From Chiloscyllium plagiosum (lineage: Eukaryota): DNA of 30,508 nucleotides. Below, piece after piece: positions 24,373 through 30,508 of this stretch. The DNA is taken from positions 54,436,972 to 54,467,479 of the forward strand of contig NC_057718.1 of assembly GCF_004010195.1 (NCBI RefSeq), written 5' to 3'. Positions within the stretch are counted from its first letter, which is position 1; each line of letters starts with the position of its first letter. The notes under the pieces were generated by a model. It did no database searches, had not been told where the DNA came from, and saw only the letters and a list, made by a program, of their open reading frames with translations. Position numbers and translations under genes: made by a program.

Positions 24373-25160
24373 ATTCTTCTATCTAAAATAATCATTGCGT
24401 GGATAAGAAAGGGAAATTGAAACTTGGAGAGAAGTAGTGTACAGCTAGAAGCAATAAAGGTAGAAAAGACCAAAAGATAATAAAGGTATAAAAGCAGAAC
24501 CGTATGGATTCAGGATGGAGATTTAAATTCTGATGCCCCTCATGGACGAGTTGACATCATCTAGTTAATGGTATTATAGAAGCAGGTTAAATAAAGATAA
24601 TCAAAGAATTTAAATAAATTCATAGCAAAGCATAAAATGCTGAGAGAAAGGAAAGGATGATTGGAGTTTGTGTAGAGGTGAGGCTTCCTAATTTGCGAAT
24701 TGCAAGACTTTTTTTCAATTTGCATGAGAGTGAGACATTCATTGCTGTGCTTATTTAGTTTAAAATGTTTCTTTTCTTCCATGTGTAAACCTCACTGTTC
24801 TGTACTCAAAACTAAAAAATGGTTGACTCTTTCTGGTCGATGCTTGGATGTTGCCTTAAAAGTTTCTGTTTATTCAATTCCAGTATACATTTGAATTATG
24901 CATCAGATTTCAAACAAGGTCAAACATTAAATTTCTTTTGCAGAGTTCAAGTTTTGAGGATAGAATAAAATTGGCACTTTGAGCTTTAAACACAATATAG
25001 AAATCATATTTCTAGGATGCGTAGAAATATAAAGATGTGAATTTGATTGAAGGTGTCCATGTCAACTTAAAATTGCGCACTCAAAATCCAGATTTTAATA
25101 AACAACTTGATCAAAGTCTACCCATGAAGCTATGGAGAGGAGAAATGTTCATGGAAAAGT

Positions 25161-28100
25161 TATAGTCATAGAGTCATAGAGATGTACAGCATCTTCTGTC
25201 CAACCCGTCCATGCCAACCAGATATCCCAACCCAATCTAGTCCCACCTGACAGCACCCGGCCCATATCCCTTCAAACCCTTCCTATTCATATACCCATTA
25301 AATGCCTTTAAATGTTGCAATTGTACCAGCCTCCACCAAATCCTCTGGCAGCTCATTCCATACACGTACCACTCTGTGTGTGAAAAGGTTGCCCCTTGGT
25401 CTCTTCTATATCTTTCCCCTCTCACCCTAAACCTATGCCCTCTATTTCTGGACTCCCTGACCCCAGGGAAAAGACTTTGCTTATTTATCCTATCCACGCC
25501 CCTCATAATTTTGTAAACCTCTATAAGGTCACCCCTCAGTCTCCGACACTCCAGGGAAAACAGCCCCAGTCTGTTCAGCCTCTCCCTGTAGCTCAGATCT
25601 TCCAACCCTGGCAACATCCTTGTAAATCTTTTCTGAACCCTTTCAAGTTTCACAACATCTTTCCGATAGGAAGGAGACCAGAATCGCAGGCAATATTCCA
25701 ACAGTGGCCGAACCAATGTCCTGTACAGCCGCAACATGACCTCCCAACTCCTGTACTCAATACTCTGACAAATAAAGTAAAGCATACCAAACACCGCCTT
25801 CGCTATCCTATTTACCTGCGACTCCACTTTCAAGGAGCTATGAAACTGCACTTCAAGGTTTCTTTGTTCAGCAACATTCCCTAGGACATTACCATTAAGT
25901 GTACAAGTCCTGCTAAGATTTGCTTTCCCAAAATGCAGCACCTCGCATTTATCTGAATTAAACTCCATCTGCCACTTCTCAGCCCATTGGCCCATCTGGT
26001 CCAGATCCTGTTGTAGTCTGAGGTAACCCTCTACGCTCTCCACTACACCTCCAATTATGGTGTCATCTGCAAACTTACTAACTGTACCTGTTATGCTCAC
26101 ATCCAAATCATTTATGTAAATAACAAAAAGTAGAAGCCCAGCACTGATCCTTGTGGCACTCCACTGGTCACAGGCCTCCAGTCTGAAAAACAACCCTCCA
26201 CCACCACCCTCTGTCTTCTACCTTTGAGCCAATTCTGTATCCAAATGGCTAGTTCTCCCTGTATTCCATGAGATCTAACCTTGCTAATCAGTCTCCCCTG
26301 GGGAACTTTGTCGAACGCCTTACTGAAGTCCATATAGATCACATCTACTGCTCTGCCCTCATCAATCTTCTTTGTTACTTCTTCCAAAAATTCAATCAAG
26401 TTTGTGAGACATGATTTCCCACACACTAAGCCATGTTAACTATCCTGAATCAGTCCTTGCCTTTCCAAATACATGTACATCCTGTCCCTCAGGATTCCCT
26501 CCAACAACTTGCCCACCACCGAGGTCAGGCTCACTGGTCTATAGTTCCCTGGCTTGTCCTTACCACCCTTCTTAATCAGTGGCACCACGTTTGCCAACCT
26601 CCAGTCTTCCAGCACCTCACCTGTGACTATCGATGATACAAATATCTCAGCAAGAGGCCCAGCAATCACTTCTCTAGCTTCCCACAGAGTTCTCAGGTAT
26701 ACCTGATCAGGTCCTGGGGATTTATCCACCTTTAACCGTTTCAAGACATCCAGCACTTCCTCCTCTGTGATCTGGACATTTTGCAAACTGTCACTATCTA
26801 TTTCCCTACAGTCTATATCTTCCATATCCTTTTCCACAGTAAATGCTGATCAAAATATTCATTTAGTATCTAACCCAGTTTCTGTGGCTCCACACAAAGG
26901 TGGCTCCCCTTGCTGATCTTTGAGAGGCCCTATTCTGTCCCTAGTTACCCTTTTGTCCTTAATATATTTGTAAAGCCCCTTTGGATTCTCCTTAATTCTA
27001 TTTGCCAAAGCTATCTCATGTCCCCGTTTTGCCCTCCTGATTTCCCTCTTAAGTATACTCCTACTTTCTTTATACTCTAAGGATTCACTCAATCCATCCT
27101 ATCGATACCTGACATATGTTTCCTTCTTTTTCTTAACCAAACCCTCACCTCACTTTCTCCTCAATTTCTTTAGTCATCCAGCATTCCCTATAGCTACCAG
27201 CCTTCCCTTTCACCCTGACAGGAATACACTTTCTCTGTTATCTCATTTCTGAAGGCTTTCCATTTTCCAGCCGTCCCTTTACCTGCGAACATTTGCCTCC
27301 AATCAGCTTTGAAAGTTTTTGCCTAATACCATCAAAGTTGGCCTTTCTCCAATTTAGAACTTCAACTTTTAGATCTGGTCTATCCTTTTCCATCACTATT
27401 TTAAAATGAATAGAATTATGGTCGCTGGCCCCAAAGTGCTCCCCCACTGACACCTCAGTCACCAGCCCGTCCTTATTTCCCAAGAATAGGTCAAGTTTTG
27501 CACCTTCTCTAGTAGGTACATCCACATACTGAATCAGAAAATTGTCTTGTCCACACTTAAGAAATTCCTCTCCATCTTAACCATTAACACTATGGCAGTC
27601 CCAGTCGATGTTTGGAAAGTTAAAATCCCCTATCATAACCACCCTCTTATTCTTACAGATAGCTGAGATCTCCTTACAAGTTTGTTTCTCAATTTCCCTC
27701 TGACTATTGGGGGGTCTATAATACAATCCCAATAAGGTGATCATCCCTTTCTTATTTCTCAGTTTCACCCAAATAACTTTCCCTGGATGTATTTTCAGGA
27801 ATATCCTCCCTTAGCACAGCTGTAATGCTATCCCTTATAAAAAATGCCAGTCCCCCTCCTATTTTGCCTCCCTTTCTATCCTTCCTGGAACGTTCAGCTG
27901 CCAGTCCTGCCCATCCCGGAGCCATGTTTCTGTAATTGCTATGATATCCCAGTGCCATGTTCCTAACCATGCCCTACGTTCATCTGCCTTCCCTGTTAGG
28001 CCTCTTGCATTGAAATACATGCAGTTTAATTTATTAGTCCTACCGTGTCCCTGCCTGCCCTGACTGTTTGACTCACTTCTGTTCTCAGCTGTACCCGTCT

Positions 28101-28580
28101 CAGATCAATCTCTTTCCACACTATCTCCCTGGGTCCCACCCCCCCACCTTACTAGTTTAAATCCTCCCAAGCAGTTCTAGCAAATCTCCCTGCCAGTATA
28201 TTAGTCCCCTTCCAATTTGGGTGCAATCTGTCCTACTTGTACAGGTCACTTCTATCCCAAAGGAGATTCCAATCATCCAAAAATGTGAATCCTTCTCCCA
28301 TACACCAGCTCCTCAGCCATGCATTCATCTGCTCTATCCTCCTATTCCTGCCCTCACTAACTCGTAGCACTGGGAGTAATCCAGATATTACTACCTTTGA
28401 GGACCTCCTTTTTAAAATTTCTACCTAACTCTCTGTAATCTCCCTTCAGAGTCTCAACCTTTTCCCTTCCAATGTCGTTGGTTCCAATGTGGACAATGAC
28501 CTCCTGCTGACCCCTCTCCCCCATGAGAACATTCTGCCCCCTCTCTGAGACACCAGGGAAACAACACATCATTAAATTGT
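25161..28580 (-). mobile_element. Long CR1 LINE (~3.4 kb): 3' half of ORF1 (SGNH esterase-like) plus frameshifted ORF2 (AP endonuclease, RT) plus 3' tail
   Basis: ORF1 motif VIVHIGTNDIG. EN motifs LLGLYYRPP, GDFNFPNIDW, GEHFGASDH. RT motifs GNYRPVSLTS, YMDFSKAFDKV, SGVPQGSVLG, KFADD. Tail (ctctatga)n. Several frameshifts. Confidence 0.96.
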
Positions 28581-29588
28581 TTAGCTGTGAGACACAACTT
28601 ACTTTTATGAAAACCATTTTGAAAAGGTATCTGTGGAAAAGAGCAAGGTGATAAAAATGTTTTGTATATGTTTAACTAATAACCATCAATCTGAATTAAT
28701 GCGGAATTAACATTGATCTGTTAAGTCATGAAAATATGAAGTCAACTGAAGCATTGATGAGTTTTGGATTTCAATGATACATGTGAATTTTAATTTAAGA
28801 TTGGTAGTTTTAATATTGTTTTCATATTTAATAGTGTTAATTCAAATTTGGGACTTTTGAGGTCATTCCAGTTTATATTGCGCTTGACGATATCAAAAAT
28901 CTTGGTTTGGAAATCTCCTTAAATAAGCCAAAAGTTTGGAAAGATGCAAGTTAAATTTGAAGTTCCAAATTGATTGATGTGTTTTAAGAAATTAACCAGT
29001 TTCACAGTGGATTCTTTGCTTTTACTGTTTAAAAAAAACCCAACAATCCCAGATCACTTGACATGCAGAAAGTAACTAGGTCAGCAGGCATTCAACCTCA
29101 CAGCGAATTCTACTATTTGGGTTGCCTTTCAAAGATGTGGCTTGACTTTAGAAATTAAATAATCACTCTAACAAGTAGTGCATTATCAGACGTAATCAGC
29201 AAAATTAGTTAATTTTTAAAATAAAACTGTTGTTTAAGATAAAGAACAGACAATTGACACATTAATGCCTATATCAAATGCAAATATTTGATTGTCATTT
29301 TAAAATATTATAAGAATGGTGTATTGGGCTGTATGGCTTTTTCAGAGTTATAGAACATAGAACTGGACAGGACATGAACAGGCCCTTCAGTCCACGATGA
29401 AACCTCTGGTTATTAATGGGGTATGTAACATCGAGTGAGAGGTGGTAACTGTGGATTAGATAAGAGTCAGGAAAATCACAATGCCAAATGTGAATTGAAA
29501 AATATCACCTGGATACAATTCAACAAAAGGTTTTTCTTTTTGCTTTCTCTTGTTCTACCTTTGCTAAGTAAACAAGTTTAAAGGCTAC

Positions 29589-30018
29589 TGTGAGAGACGA
29601 TTTCGGTACAAATAGTTAAGATGTGCATGACCTCAGAGTCTAAGGGGAATAGAGCCGTGGGGGTAGGGTAAAACATGCTTCTCTATAATAAAGGACGAGA
29701 CATCTGCTGCTACAGAGTAGAAAAACAAGTCCTTGATTGATAAGACCACTAACTCTGACAGAGAAGAATAAGTCCTTGACTGATAAGACTACAGGGTAGA
29801 AAAACAACTCGGGAAACTGTTGCAGACTTTGTGAGAATGTGAACCTCGTGACTCGAGCTATAGAGGGGAGGGACTTGTACTCTATTTAATCAGAAACATT
29901 GTTAGCCTGGCGCGCCTTTTTCTCAGAAGGGTGCCCAACTCTGCAGACTTGCTACTAAAACTTTGTTTTCCTGAATTTGTCTAGAGCGATTATTGAGAAG
30001 CGATTTTCGTTTCTAACA
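29589..30018 (+). mobile_element. 5' LTR (430 bp) of an endogenous retrovirus
   Basis: TG...CA termini with a 10/12 terminal inverted repeat (TGTGAGAGACGA vs TCGTTTCTAACA). U3 direct repeats, TATA-like TATTTAA at 29883-29889, and polyA-like ACTAAA at 29954-29959. A PBS follows 4 nt after the end. Confidence 0.85.
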
Positions 30019-30022
30019 AACT

Positions 30023-30038
30023 TGGGGGCTCGTCCGAT
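30023..30038 (+). promoter_or_regulatory. Primer binding site complementary to the tRNA-Pro 3' end
   Basis: TGGGGGCTCGTCCG-AT versus the canonical Pro PBS TGGGGGCTCGTCCGGGAT: 14 consecutive matches, then GG missing. Confidence 0.92.
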
Positions 30039-30240
30039 CAACACTCCGGCCGCGAGGGGGGGGCTGAGGAAGGACATCAGAGAAGGTGCACCCTGCCGAG
30101 TTCGGCAGTCCCTGATTCCTTGCTTGTCGCCCCGCGCGGCTTGAGCGAGTGATATCCGGAAGGCTCAGGAGAACAAAGGAGGGGTGTGGCCGAGGCAGTG
30201 GGGACGGTTAACGATCGAGTAATTTCGGTGCACCGAACCC

Positions 30241-30247
30241 AGGTAAG
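30241..30247 (+). promoter_or_regulatory. Putative retroviral major splice donor
   Basis: AG|GTAAG in the leader between the PBS and the gag start, the usual position of the env-mRNA donor. Confidence 0.65.
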
Positions 30248-30462
30248 AACAGACTTGCGGGAACCGTCCTCCCGGAGGACCGGGGACCTGCGGAGTGCCT
30301 GTAGATTTTTCTACAGAGACGTGGGACACAGGAATCCAAAGACCGGGGGTGCCTGCAAAGGGACCTGGGCGACCACAGGACTGAAGGTCCGGGAATTGGC
30401 TAAATAGTGATAGATTGTCACGGGATAATATAGGAATCTCCGATTTTACAAAGTCCCCGGCA

Positions 30463-30508
30463 ATGGGAAATAAGGGATCCAAGGCGAATAAGGGAAAGGT
30501 AGGCTTGA
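30463..30508 (+). CDS. gag: Putative start of retroviral Gag (matrix N-terminus), truncated by the window edge
   Basis: Strong Kozak context gcaATGG. MGNKGSKANKGKVGL fits the N-myristoylation consensus MGxxxS(K) with a basic patch. Open to the window end, ~425 nt after the PBS. Confidence 0.7.
   Translation, partial: MGNKGSKANKGKVGL

Noticed and set aside
25237..26193. 318-aa ORF as a functional reverse transcriptase gene
   Set aside because: It is only the C-terminal part of CR1 ORF2, frameshifted from the upstream RT motifs and again near its end, so the element is non-autonomous.
30165..30482. Leader-region ORFs (105 aa minus, 73 aa plus)
   Set aside because: No recognisable motifs, and GC-rich leaders yield spurious ORFs. 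An upstream accessory ORF cannot be excluded but is unsupported.

Overview
Eukaryotic vertebrate genomic DNA, almost certainly from a shark (HE1-type V-SINE and chondrichthyan-type CR1 LINEs; species not determinable). The window lies inside a minus-strand gene recognisable as ASB3. Two spliced coding exons (16767-17018 and 13-146) join in frame across a 16.6-kb intron and encode the region just upstream of the SOCS box. The rest is intronic and dominated by retroelements. These include many CR1 LINE fragments (one decayed host copy interrupted by several nested insertions, and one ~3.4-kb copy with ORF1 esterase, endonuclease and RT), SINEs, a MITE, and several Penelope-like elements carrying minimal hammerhead-ribozyme motifs. 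Two of the Penelope-like elements are fold-back (inverted) structures with target-site duplications. The last ~920 bp are the 5' end of a young-looking endogenous retrovirus, antisense to ASB3: a 430-bp LTR, a tRNA-Pro primer binding site, a splice donor and a myristoylation-type Gag start. Almost all ORFs in the six-frame track are transposon remnants or their antisense shadows. Repeat boundaries were read by eye and are approximate unless a TSD is quoted.
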